The position numbers were made by a program, and so were the translations under genes. 64,000 nucleotides of DNA from a bacterium. GTDB lineage: Bacteria; Bdellovibrionota_C; UBA2361; SZUA-149; JAGRAN01. Shown here piece after piece: positions 55,816 to 64,000 of the stretch; within the stretch, counting starts at the first letter, position 1; the number at the start of each line of letters is the position of its first letter. The notes under the pieces are model-generated. The model was not told where the DNA came from, did not search any database, and saw only the letters and a list, made by a program, of their open reading frames with translations. The stretch covers positions 2,062 through 66,061 of the forward strand of contig JAUIIP010000001.1 in assembly GCA_030431555.1 (NCBI GenBank), written 5' to 3'.

Positions 55816-57714
55816 TCAGCGTTGAAAAAAAGAATTCTTTGCCCAGCGGCCAAGCTCCATAACCGGAGCGGCAAAAAAATTCAAGTACTTCCTTGCCGTT
55901 CTATTATTCAAGAGGATAGCGGCCAAACGATCTATCGGTTCACTTGCCAAAATATCAAACTCCTCGGCTCGTCGCTCAGAGTGAAACTCTCGATAGCGCT
56001 CGGCAATATCGATTCCAGCCAGCGAAAGCTCAAAGCGCTCCTGATCTTCAACCTGCTCTTTACGGCTCTTAGACTCGTAGTGGTACGCGGTCGCTCGTGG
56101 AGAGTATATTGTCCGCCAACCGGTCTCTCTAGCAGTCTCGCAAAACAAAGCATCCCCAAAACCATTTGGGCATAAGAATTCATCAAGACCGCCGACCTCC
56201 TCAAACAACTCCCTACGAACCAGAGCCATCGCGAAGGACACACCGTCAACTTCTCGGCAGAGATCTTGGTACTCACCCACTGAATCCACATTTTTGGGGC
56301 CAAGAGCACTAAAAACGATGCCGCCGTGCTGGACGCTTGAATCGGGGTAAAAGAGCTTACCTCCGACAATTCCAACGTCCGGCAGCCGCATCCACCCCAG
56401 CATCCGAGCAATTGTCTTGGAGTCGAGCAATTCTACGTCGTTGTTAAGCCATAGGTAAAAGTCAGCATCTGCAGCTCGCGTTCCGACATTAATCAGACGT
56501 GCAAAATTAAAGTAGTCGGTGTCATTAACAAAGCGCACACGAAAAGCGCTGCTAACGCTTTCGTTAACAAACTGTCGAACTCTCTCGAGCTCTTCCGGAG
56601 CAGAGTTATTATTTACAAGCGACACACTGACTTCTCCCAGTCCCTGCTGCTTGCTAAGAGATTTTAGACATTTAATTGTATCGTCAGCACAGTCTCTGAA
56701 GGGAATAACTACGTTGAGGCGCCCTTCAACAGGTGCAAAAACTGGAGTAACGGCTCGGGCTGACAGAAGTCCTATCGACTCCTCATGCAGCTCTTCGAGC
56801 GGCAGTTCCAGCCGCTGAGCAATCAACGTGGACAGGTTTCGCACTGACTCGTAGTCAGGCAGATTTTTATTGAAACTACCGAGCGACTGAAAGCTTAATG
56901 AAAGCGGTATCAGCCTGGGGTCGGCTCCGGCCATCTGGGCTGAAGCCGCAAGAGTCCAAAAGAATACATTGCTGCTCGCAGCGTCCAGCAAGTTGTCTGC
57001 TAGAACGGTGCTTAGAAACTCTCTGCCAAAACACAGGCAGCCGCCGGTATGATCGAACGACAGTAAATCGTACGGACCGGGCTCAGAGCGTCTCATATAT
57101 TTTGAGGCGACTTTAAAGCTACTGCGCATTACGAGGTGATTACTAAATAGAACAGGAGAATCGAGTGCAATTGCATTTTTGACAGCGATGAACAGCGCTT
57201 GAGGGTTTAAGATAAGCTCTTTATCAAGCAGCAGCACTCGACGCGACTCCATTCCAGAGACCGTCTCTCGCAGGAGGTCGATATCGACCTCTTCTTCCAC
57301 TTGCACCGCCGAAAGCCGTCCGGCAAGTATGGGAAAGTCTAGGGTGCATTCTTGAAGCAGCGTATGCGACGCTCCAAACAACACTATCTCAGTCGGCGGC
57401 AAACTCTGGCAGGAGATGGAGTGAAGGAGCAATTTGATGTTTTTGCGCTCCGCTCCAGCGCAAAAAGCAATTAGCGCTATCGTTTCATCCTTAAGTTCAG
57501 TACGAGCAAAGCTGTTCTGCCAAGCACATGCCCGCTCGAGGAGCTCCAACTTTCTGCGAACACCCGGCAGTAGCTGCAAGGCAGTAGTCGCCAGCGCTGT
57601 TTCGGCAATCGCGCAGCGCTGCAGGCCCGCGTCAGCTTGAGCTGCCCTCTCAATTGGAAGAATGTTCTCCGATCTAGCGTTCATACTCGCGGCAGTATAT
57701 TTGCACAGTTCCAA
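55816..57714 (-). CDS. Two-domain glycosyltransferase (C-terminal GT2 catalytic domain)
   Basis: 'VVIPFRDCADDTIKCLKSL', 'YLWLNNDVELL' (DxD context) and 'GGKLFYPDSSVQHGGIVF'; N-terminal second GT-like domain. Confidence 0.75.
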   Translation of the reverse strand: MELCKYTAASMNARSENILPIERAAQADAGLQRCAIAETALATTALQLLPGVRRKLELLERACAWQNSFARTELKDETIALIAFCAGAERKNIKLLLHSISCQSLPPTEIVLFGASHTLLQECTLDFPILAGRLSAVQVEEEVDIDLLRETVSGMESRRVLLLDKELILNPQALFIAVKNAIALDSPVLFSNHLVMRSSFKVASKYMRRSEPGPYDLLSFDHTGGCLCFGREFLSTVLADNLLDAASSNVFFWTLAASAQMAGADPRLIPLSLSFQSLGSFNKNLPDYESVRNLSTLIAQRLELPLEELHEESIGLLSARAVTPVFAPVEGRLNVVIPFRDCADDTIKCLKSLSKQQGLGEVSVSLVNNNSAPEELERVRQFVNESVSSAFRVRFVNDTDYFNFARLINVGTRAADADFYLWLNNDVELLDSKTIARMLGWMRLPDVGIVGGKLFYPDSSVQHGGIVFSALGPKNVDSVGEYQDLCREVDGVSFAMALVRRELFEEVGGLDEFLCPNGFGDALFCETARETGWRTIYSPRATAYHYESKSRKEQVEDQERFELSLAGIDIAERYREFHSERRAEEFDILASEPIDRLAAILLNNRTARKYLNFFAAPVMELGRWAKNSFFQR

Positions 57715-57809
57715 TAAGGAAAGCCCAGGATCTAGGCAAGGACCTTAGACTGAAACTCCAGCCAAAAACCTGTGATTATCAGGGCTTAAATTTCGCTTAG
57801 TATGGCATG

Positions 57810-58625
57810 TCACCTTCGCGCACCGCGGCGAAACCTGGAGTCATTCCAATAGTCCGAGCCGCCCCAAAGCTTTTGCAGCGGCCACTTGCCCTTGCGTTGC
57901 GGAGCGGTCGCTGGGGGTTGCTTGCTCCATGTAACCTTGAGCGCACCGTTGGTGCTGAACGAAGACGGAGAATGGACCGTATATGGTCCGGAATCTTTCC
58001 AGACTTTACTGCCTGGAGCCTCAGGCTGCTGCTCCATACGATACGCGCCCCCATCCGTATAGAATACACCTGAATGCTTCCAAGTGCCCTTGGGACTCGG
58101 AAGCACAAACGAATAGCGTGACTCCGGCTCAATTGAGAGCTCTGCTGAACGCGGCCCGTCATTTGTGGAAATTTGAGCTGTCCAAATACCGACTAGTCGA
58201 CTGTCGACGCTGTGCTGCTTAGGTTCCGGAGTTCGTTCTTCAAAATCACTGGGCTGCAAGGCAGGCGGTGCACCATCCGACGCAAATTCTCTCGCTGCTC
58301 TTTGCGAGCTCTTACCTGAATGAAGTACTGAGTGGCCCGTCGGCTGATTGCACGCACGGATGTCCTTCACGACCGTTACGAACAACAACAGCGCAATTGC
58401 GCCGGCGACTGCCTTCCACACCCAGTCACACATGTCCGGCTGCAAAGAGTCGCCGAGGACAGATTCAGGTTTACTGTCAGGAGACACAGCGGAAGGAACA
58501 GGCGGCAGCGCCCCACAGGTTGGACAGCTTGGAGTTACTAAGCTGTCATAAACCTGGGCGCAGGCACAGCGCACAAGCCTGCTTGTCTGCACAGCTCCAT
58601 CGGCGATCGGTTCGCCATACGGCAT
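57810..58625 (-). CDS. Zinc-ribbon / single-pass membrane protein, paralog 2 (track ORF extends to 58763; 'MPYGEP' start preferred to avoid overlap with paralog 1)
   Basis: 'CACAQVYDSLVTPSCPTCGA' zinc ribbon; TM 'AVAGAIALLLFVTVV'; C-terminal domain 'LVGIWTAQISTNDGPRSAELSIEPESRYSF...KHSGVFYTDGGAYRM' parallels paralog 1. Confidence 0.55.
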   Translation of the reverse strand: MPYGEPIADGAVQTSRLVRCACAQVYDSLVTPSCPTCGALPPVPSAVSPDSKPESVLGDSLQPDMCDWVWKAVAGAIALLLFVTVVKDIRACNQPTGHSVLHSGKSSQRAAREFASDGAPPALQPSDFEERTPEPKQHSVDSRLVGIWTAQISTNDGPRSAELSIEPESRYSFVLPSPKGTWKHSGVFYTDGGAYRMEQQPEAPGSKVWKDSGPYTVHSPSSFSTNGALKVTWSKQPPATAPQRKGKWPLQKLWGGSDYWNDSRFRRGARR

Positions 58626-58642
58626 TCCGCGCTTGCGGGCAC

Positions 58643-59341
58643 TCACTTTACCTTTCCCCACTGCCCTGTCCCCAAGGCCCCCATCATCACAAACAGGTTG
58701 GAGCGTGGAACCGAATAGCTCCCGCCATCCTTCCAGCCTGTATTGGTAGAGCGCAGCTTCCATTTTCCATTTTGGGCGGAAAATTCGCCGGCGTGCTGAA
58801 CCGAAGCCATTCCTCCCGAGGTTTTAAAGGCGTAAGTACCGTCTGAGCGAACGTCGATCTGCCATATCTCTTCGCCGTTCATCGTCCGAACAGTCTGCTG
58901 CCATGTTCCAACCAACTTAGGATCGACGACACCGTCTGAGACTTTTGCGTCTACTCGCTCAAAGGCATCTGATCCAAACTTGCCCATCGGCGAGTCCGAC
59001 ATATCCAGATGCGCAACAGCCTCGCCTTGCGTTCCCGCCGACTGCGCCGTATCGCCAACAGTCTTGTCGCTGCCGCTTCGCAGCATCAAGTACACAAGGA
59101 AGACTGCGGCAAACGCCATTGAAATCTTTTTCCAGTCGCGCTGAGCCGCTTGAGGAGAATGTGAAATGTCAGGAGACGCCTCCAATGCCTGCGCAAGAGT
59201 CTGCTCCCGCGAACCACTCGAGACGCCAGCCGCTCCGCACTCAGGACATTTTTCATGCTTTATTAGATCAAACACTTCACCGCATACGCAGCGATGCATT
59301 TTCATCGATGCGTCTTCCGTCATCCCCATGGATTCCACCAA
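58643..59341 (-). CDS. Zinc-ribbon / single-pass membrane protein, paralog 1
   Basis: 'HRCVCGEVFDLIKHEKCPECGA'; TM 'ISMAFAAVFLVYLML'; C-terminal 'LVGTWQQTVRTMNGEEIWQIDVRSDGTYAF...QHAGEFSAQNGKWKL'. Confidence 0.55.
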   Translation of the reverse strand: MVESMGMTEDASMKMHRCVCGEVFDLIKHEKCPECGAAGVSSGSREQTLAQALEASPDISHSPQAAQRDWKKISMAFAAVFLVYLMLRSGSDKTVGDTAQSAGTQGEAVAHLDMSDSPMGKFGSDAFERVDAKVSDGVVDPKLVGTWQQTVRTMNGEEIWQIDVRSDGTYAFKTSGGMASVQHAGEFSAQNGKWKLRSTNTGWKDGGSYSVPRSNLFVMMGALGTGQWGKVK

Positions 59342-60333
59342 TTTCGTTTAACCGGTTTGGGCTGCGGGACCATCGACGAGCCCTGCTTGCCGCGATCAGC
59401 TTTCGGACCATCCGTCTTCCTGTCTTTCGTCTCTCTTTTCTCGGGAGGTTTCATGGCAGCTTCTTCCTTTTTGCGCTTTACATACTCGGCCACGATTTCA
59501 CGCTCTTTGGCCCGCTGCTCACTAGTCGCCTCAGTGAAGGCGACGTTGTAGTCACCCTCTTCGGGGTAATTAATGAAGCCAACCAGTTCCCAGGTCTTCT
59601 TGCCGTTTAGAACCAAGTCTGGAAGTTTGTGATCTGCAATCTTTGCGCCGAAGATACCCCCGCCTACCTTGCAGTCTTTAGTATTAGCATCCGCCCCGGG
59701 TAGATAGTAGTAAAGCTTGTAGCTGTTGCCGCCGGGCACATCGCGAATCATCCAAATGTCAGACCCAGGGCCTGAAGGATCGTCAACGTACTCGTCTCCG
59801 GACCAAAAATCAGTTTGTTTTATATTCGGATCGAAGTATGGCTGCGCATTCCCACCTTCGCCTTTAACTTGGGTATACAAATAAAGATTCACATCGATGC
59901 CGGTACATTCGAACCAGACGTCAATTAGGTAAGGAGTGCGCCATTCGAGTCGATTGTTTCGTTTGCTGAGCTTTTCGTTTTCCTTCTGATAGCGATTCTT
60001 CATCGCAGTAGCTTGGTCTAAACGGTCTCGCAGATCCGCCATGCGCCTATTGGCATCCTCAATCGCCCGCTTGGCCTCGCTTAGCTCTCGCAAAACCCGT
60101 TCAACATCTACGTCAGAGCCGGCCTCGCGAAACATTTTTTCGACTTGTTCTATTTTTTCCTGCGCCTTCTTAAGTTCGCGCTGCAGCTTCGCTACACTCT
60201 CAGAATTCTCCGGGCTACCCTCATAGTACCGTGCGAGGACGATAAGAATTATTAAGAAGGCTCCCATTGCCCCCGAGATGACATCCATCATCGAGAGGCT
60301 GAAGATGTTTATCTCTCGGTTACGCCGCTGCAT
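59320..60333 (-). CDS. ExbD/TolR/MotB-family TM subunit with a long non-canonical C-terminal region (coiled coil + unknown ~170-aa domain + Lys/Arg-rich tail)
   Basis: N-terminal 'REINIFSLSMMDVISGAMGAFLIILIVL' matches the TolR/ExbD TM motif (EINVTPLIDVMLVLLIIF), including the conserved protonatable Asp; heptad-rich 'AKLQRELKKAQEKIEQVEKMFREAG...RRMADLRDRLDQATAMKNRYQKENEKLSKRNNRLE'; the C-terminal domain has no recognisable motif. Confidence 0.6.
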   Translation of the reverse strand: MQRRNREINIFSLSMMDVISGAMGAFLIILIVLARYYEGSPENSESVAKLQRELKKAQEKIEQVEKMFREAGSDVDVERVLRELSEAKRAIEDANRRMADLRDRLDQATAMKNRYQKENEKLSKRNNRLEWRTPYLIDVWFECTGIDVNLYLYTQVKGEGGNAQPYFDPNIKQTDFWSGDEYVDDPSGPGSDIWMIRDVPGGNSYKLYYYLPGADANTKDCKVGGGIFGAKIADHKLPDLVLNGKKTWELVGFINYPEEGDYNVAFTEATSEQRAKEREIVAEYVKRKKEEAAMKPPEKRETKDRKTDGPKADRGKQGSSMVPQPKPVKRNWWNPWG

Positions 60334-60354
60334 CAGGCAACACTCTAAGACTAA

Positions 60355-61173
60355 CTAGGCTGCTTCCTTCTCGACGTAGAGTCGATTAATCAAGTTCTTT
60401 AGGGTGTAGTCCCCCGCCCGGTTCATCGCCAACTCTTCGTTAGTTTGAACAATGTGTTGAAGCAGCACGAGAACTGCGCTGAGAACCAACGCGATAATTG
60501 TGGTATTGAAAGCAACGCTCAGACTCCCGGTAACCTTGCCGAGATCCATATGATCCGGGTCAACAAAGCCCAATGCGTTTGCAATGCCAACAACTGTACC
60601 AATGAAACCTACAGTCGGAATCGCCCAGACGACATACCGGGTAAGTGAATAGTTTAGATCAACTCTGTGGCTGATTAAATCTAGACTGCTGTTTAAAACA
60701 CTGACGGCCTGATCAACTGAGCGACTCGCTTGGAACTGAAGAATGCATAGATTTATCAAATACGGGAGAATGCCGGTATCCGCCGTAAAGCGATGGGCGA
60801 CAGACTGACGAATCTCACCTAGATCCTTTGCACGCAAAACAGTGTGATCATCTTCCGGGAGAAAACTTTCGCCGAGCAGTTTGATTTCCTGTCGTGCAGC
60901 CCAGGCGCGAAGAAAAAGCTCGCCTAGGCAAACGGCAAATAGAATGTACATCAAGTTCTGAATAGTCAGCGGGTACGGGAAGGAAGAGTAAACGGTATAA
61001 TCGAGCAAGAACACTGCCATCGAGCTGTCCTTCGGCAAGACTAACGTCAAGAAGGCAATCGTAAAACACGCTGCCCCAACTGCCATGCTTAGAACACGAG
61101 TTCTTGGAAGCTTAGTTAAGTGCGCGACCGCGGGTACTCTGAAGAATCCCGATACGAGGGATGACTCTGACAT
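60355..61173 (-). CDS. MotA/TolQ/ExbB-family proton-channel protein (4 TM helices)
   Basis: TM3/TM4 signatures 'IPTVGFIGTVVGIANALGFV' (compare the GLLGTVxGI consensus) and 'LSVAFNTTIIALVLSAVLVLL' (compare IAEALxATAxGL); 22 bp upstream of the ExbD-like gene. Confidence 0.7.
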   Translation of the reverse strand: MSESSLVSGFFRVPAVAHLTKLPRTRVLSMAVGAACFTIAFLTLVLPKDSSMAVFLLDYTVYSSFPYPLTIQNLMYILFAVCLGELFLRAWAARQEIKLLGESFLPEDDHTVLRAKDLGEIRQSVAHRFTADTGILPYLINLCILQFQASRSVDQAVSVLNSSLDLISHRVDLNYSLTRYVVWAIPTVGFIGTVVGIANALGFVDPDHMDLGKVTGSLSVAFNTTIIALVLSAVLVLLQHIVQTNEELAMNRAGDYTLKNLINRLYVEKEAA

Positions 61174-61278
61174 GACACTGCTCTCCTAATAAGCCGCGAA
61201 ACCACCAGCCGAGCTTGCAGCTTAATAGCAGATACCACATTAAAACCATATGAGGGCACCTAGGGATTGCCCTGAGAG

Positions 61279-62223
61279 CTAACTCTGGGAACTGAATCGC
61301 TTCTTCAGTTCAGAGCCAATTCCGACTATGGACACGTGGTTTAAGGGGAATTCGAGTAGAACGTGAAGCAAACTGAGCAACAGCAGCGCTATCAATCCCA
61401 CGGTATAGTTGAACGCATACAACATTACCGCGAATATCCAGCCTCCGACTATCACCAGCAGTCTTCTGCGTGATATTTCATGCCAGCCGATAACCTTCGT
61501 CTTAGAGAACCAGTTTAAGTAGTGGTACGTATATGCGAAGGCGATAAACCGCATAACCGCGACAAGCACATCCCACGAACCTTCCAGCCCAAACATCCTA
61601 ACCAGCTCAGCCTGCACAGGCTTGAAGGGAGCAATTGCATTCTCTACATAGCTGCCTAAAACGTAACCATGAGCGGGAGGTGTAATGACGAAAAAAATTA
61701 AACCGCAAAACAAAAATACAGCAAACGACAGATAACCCGAGGCGCTCTCACTCTTCAGCGCGCCATATAAAATGAAAAGTCCTGTGAAAATGTAAACATG
61801 AACTATTGTCGGGAGCATAAGTGAAACAAGCACGCCAAAGCTGGGAAACCCAGCCAGCACCAGCCCGCAAAAAAGCAGCGCCACACCGAGCATTACCTTT
61901 TGAACAGTACGCTTTAAAATCACCATACCCAGTGCACTCGCAAAGGCGAGCCAGACCAAAATAGTATTGCTGTAGACGCCCGGCATGAACTGGTAATCCA
62001 GGCCGAGAGTGACCGGGACCGCTGGTACCATTAAAAATAAATAGTCGTATTTTCCCGTCGTGAAATAGTTGCGATCGTGAAGCCAGGAAATTTCAGTCAG
62101 GTAATGCAGGGGCCCCAGCACGGCATAAGAAAATAGGAACAGCTCATACGGCATGTAGTACGCAAACGCGCAGGAAACGAGCATTAAGAAGATGTTTAGA
62201 TAATTAATCTGGTTCAGCGTCAT
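61279..62223 (-). CDS. Polytopic membrane protein with conserved His motifs ('GPLHYLTEISWL', 'YTYHYLNWF'); unknown family
   Basis: ~9 TM helices; weak similarity to the 35467-36495 product. Confidence 0.55.
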   Translation of the reverse strand: MTLNQINYLNIFLMLVSCAFAYYMPYELFLFSYAVLGPLHYLTEISWLHDRNYFTTGKYDYLFLMVPAVPVTLGLDYQFMPGVYSNTILVWLAFASALGMVILKRTVQKVMLGVALLFCGLVLAGFPSFGVLVSLMLPTIVHVYIFTGLFILYGALKSESASGYLSFAVFLFCGLIFFVITPPAHGYVLGSYVENAIAPFKPVQAELVRMFGLEGSWDVLVAVMRFIAFAYTYHYLNWFSKTKVIGWHEISRRRLLVIVGGWIFAVMLYAFNYTVGLIALLLLSLLHVLLEFPLNHVSIVGIGSELKKRFSSQS

Positions 62224-62321
62224 GAAAACAGGCCGGCAACACTTCTCCCTGCACTAAAATAGTGTACTTAGGATGACGAACCTTAGGCAAAGTCTCTGAG
62301 AAACAGGCTAAGTGCCTATAA

Positions 62322-63620
62322 TCACACCGCGTTAGCTGCCGCTTCCAGCCTTGACCGCAGCCTGACTATCAGAATGTAAGCCGTCATTCCCACAAAAAGA
62401 CTAATGCCCGCCGCAAGAATCATCCAGCGAATTGCTTGGTCGCCGTGAACACCGCGCGACATTTCTGCAAACACACCAGCCATAAAAATAGCGACTCCGT
62501 TCATTGCTTTCACAACCAAGTTGTAGACACCAAAAAACATACTGACAGAGTCACCGCCGGCTTCTCTTGCACAGTCAGTTATCGCTTCGCCTTCGAGCGC
62601 CAGCAGCATTGCAACCATCGGCCCACCGCACACAAATATAAGCATTGCGGTCACAAACGGCGAAACTATGATGTCTGCCCCGACAGCCGCGGCTGAGCAA
62701 TAAACCAACCCCAGCAAGATTGAAGAAACTACCAATACTTTCTCCCAGCCAAAACGCGTAGACAAACGCGGAGCAAAGATAAAACATGGAAGAGCAGCAG
62801 CCAGTAGTGGCCCAAGCAGAAGACTGACGTCCTGCTCCGTTCCCTTCAAGAGATCAACAGCAATGAAAGGCGCCGCCGAAGTCATTATCGTTAGCGACAT
62901 TTGCGATCCGCCCAGAAGCATGACAAGCCCAACAAACCGCGGCTGCTTGAATGCCCTCAGGAATGCAGTAGCTGGTGCAAATTCGCTGCTTTGATCCAAC
63001 GGCTCTAAATCTTGCGCAGGATGCGGATCCGCCAATACCGGACCGAGCATTCCGATTGACGCCAAGACACCAAAAACACACGCTCCCCAAAAGTAACCTA
63101 TCTGATCGACAAGCAGAGGTGATATGACAAAACCAATTCCTGTTGCGATCAGCAATCCTGCTCCAAGAAGATTTGAAAGCCGTCGCCTAAGATGTGGATC
63201 ACCTGACGAGTAGTCATCTATCAGGCTCCAGTAAGGTATGGCGTAAAACGTATAGCCGACAAAAAACAGAAACATCCCGAAAACAAGCACGCTCCAGCGC
63301 AGTGCGGTACTCATAGCTTCCGAAGGTAGAAAGCAAAGCGCCAGGCCAATGCCGGGCAGGAGCAGGGTAAAAATCAGAAGCTCTCTGCGTCTGCGACCCT
63401 TGCTGACCCAATAGTCACTGAGCGCCCCCGCAAAAGGATCGGTAACGCCGTCAAATAGGCGAAACGCCAACAGCACAGCTCCAACCGCGCCTGCTGCGAA
63501 CAGAGTATTGCCTCCGGCATCCGTCGTAGAAAATTTGATGATCCACTGAAAGAAGTACCGTGCCAAGCTCATCATACCGACCTGGCCGAGGGTAAACAGG
63601 CAAAGCTGACGTCGATTCAT
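62322..63620 (-). CDS. MFS transporter (GPH/MFS_2-like)
   Basis: 12 predicted TM helices; 'GVTDPFAGALSDY' resembles the MFS_2 motif; start taken at 'MNRRQL'. Confidence 0.75.
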   Translation of the reverse strand: MNRRQLCLFTLGQVGMMSLARYFFQWIIKFSTTDAGGNTLFAAGAVGAVLLAFRLFDGVTDPFAGALSDYWVSKGRRRRELLIFTLLLPGIGLALCFLPSEAMSTALRWSVLVFGMFLFFVGYTFYAIPYWSLIDDYSSGDPHLRRRLSNLLGAGLLIATGIGFVISPLLVDQIGYFWGACVFGVLASIGMLGPVLADPHPAQDLEPLDQSSEFAPATAFLRAFKQPRFVGLVMLLGGSQMSLTIMTSAAPFIAVDLLKGTEQDVSLLLGPLLAAALPCFIFAPRLSTRFGWEKVLVVSSILLGLVYCSAAAVGADIIVSPFVTAMLIFVCGGPMVAMLLALEGEAITDCAREAGGDSVSMFFGVYNLVVKAMNGVAIFMAGVFAEMSRGVHGDQAIRWMILAAGISLFVGMTAYILIVRLRSRLEAAANAV

Positions 63621-63772
63621 ACGACTCTCCGGGAACAACAGCTCACACTTATGCTGCAAGCTTATTCCTTAGAACCAATCGACGCCACTAAGCAAATGAT
63701 GAAGACACAGCTGTTCGGACGAGAGATTCTCGCCGAAAAAGCAATCCGGGAGATTGCAGGCTGTGGCCTTTT

Positions 63773-63964
63773 TTAGCGAGGGTTGACCTTAACGGCACAA
63801 GGCCCTTTGCGACCTTCGCCAACTTCGAATTCGACGTCCTGGCCTTCCTTCAGAACTCCGCCATCGACTTCCGAGTGGTGGACGAAAATATCGTCGCCGC
63901 TGTCCTGCTGAATGAAGCCGTAACCTTTTTGATCATCAAACCACTTGACTTTACCTTGTGGCAT
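63773..63964 (-). CDS. cspA: Cold-shock protein (CspA family)
   Basis: 'GKVKWFDDQKGYGFIQQDSGDDIFVHHSEV' with RNP1/RNP2 motifs; 63 aa. Confidence 0.9.
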   Translation of the reverse strand: MPQGKVKWFDDQKGYGFIQQDSGDDIFVHHSEVDGGVLKEGQDVEFEVGEGRKGPCAVKVNPR

Positions 63965-64000
63965 AATCTGCCTCCTACTTTTGTTTGTCTTAGCTGCCCG

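Noticed and set aside
1-64000. Search for tRNA, rRNA, transposase, integrase and CRISPR signatures
   Set aside because: No GTTCGA(A/T)TCC-type T-loop motifs in intergenic regions, no rRNA-like conserved stretches, no DDE or tyrosine recombinase-like ORFs, and no spaced direct-repeat arrays were seen.

Overview
This 64-kb window looks like a bacterial chromosome, probably Gram-negative (lipoboxes, Tol/Exb-like proteins, curlin, OsmB-like and MscS genes). GC content is about 50% overall, with a few short GC-rich islands. Genes are densely packed on both strands; I found no rRNA, tRNA, CRISPR array, transposase or integrase.

The recognisable content, in order along the window:
- **Two-component operon (57-3732):** a HisKA_2 sensor kinase, a REC-cNMP/Crp fusion regulator and a secreted protein with a CxxCH motif.
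- **General-stress/osmotic cluster (3785-8729):** CsbD, an EEP-family protein, DUF4112, an acidic-repeat lipoprotein, an OsmB-like Gly-zipper lipoprotein, a YciE-like ferritin-like protein and MscS.
- **Surface-fibre genes with no partners:** an orphan curlin-repeat (CsgA-like) gene next to an orphan TadE-like pseudopilin gene.
- **Fused MFS/spermidine synthase (12928-15135).**
- **Flagellin relics:** a highly divergent flagellin/FlgL-like protein, and separately an isolated 98-aa flagellin N-terminal fragment, with no flagellar genes nearby.
- **Envelope glycoconjugate cluster (23437-31413):** FAD oxidoreductase, a GT-C glycosyltransferase with a discoidin domain, a UbiA prenyltransferase-HAD fusion, an acyltransferase-3 and an HTTM-like membrane protein split by an in-frame TAG.
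- **Transporters and enzymes:** alanine:cation symporter (AGCS), ChrA, POT, MFS, a PhyH-family dioxygenase, a class-III aminotransferase and a DinB-family protein.
- **Regulatory cassette:** a eukaryotic-like Ser/Thr kinase (Zn-ribbon + TPR) flanked by a lipoprotein and PhzF.
- **Polyphosphate module:** ppk2, a CYTH-like gene, ppk1, sixA and ppx.
- **GT2 glycosyltransferase and a cold-shock protein.**

The strongest candidate for a novel system is a four-gene minus-strand cassette at 57810-61173. It encodes a MotA/ExbB-like four-TM proton-channel protein and an ExbD/TolR-like protein. The ExbD/TolR-like protein has the conserved TM aspartate (EINI..L..MDV motif), but its periplasmic part is replaced by a ~100-aa coiled coil and an unrecognised ~170-aa globular domain with a Lys-rich tail. 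Two tandem paralogous zinc-ribbon/single-TM proteins follow.

A second notable locus is a tandem pair of ~600-aa secreted Cys-rich paralogs (38551-42370) whose 3' ends are nearly identical.

All calls rest on motif recognition by eye. No database search was run, and precise start codons are approximate.
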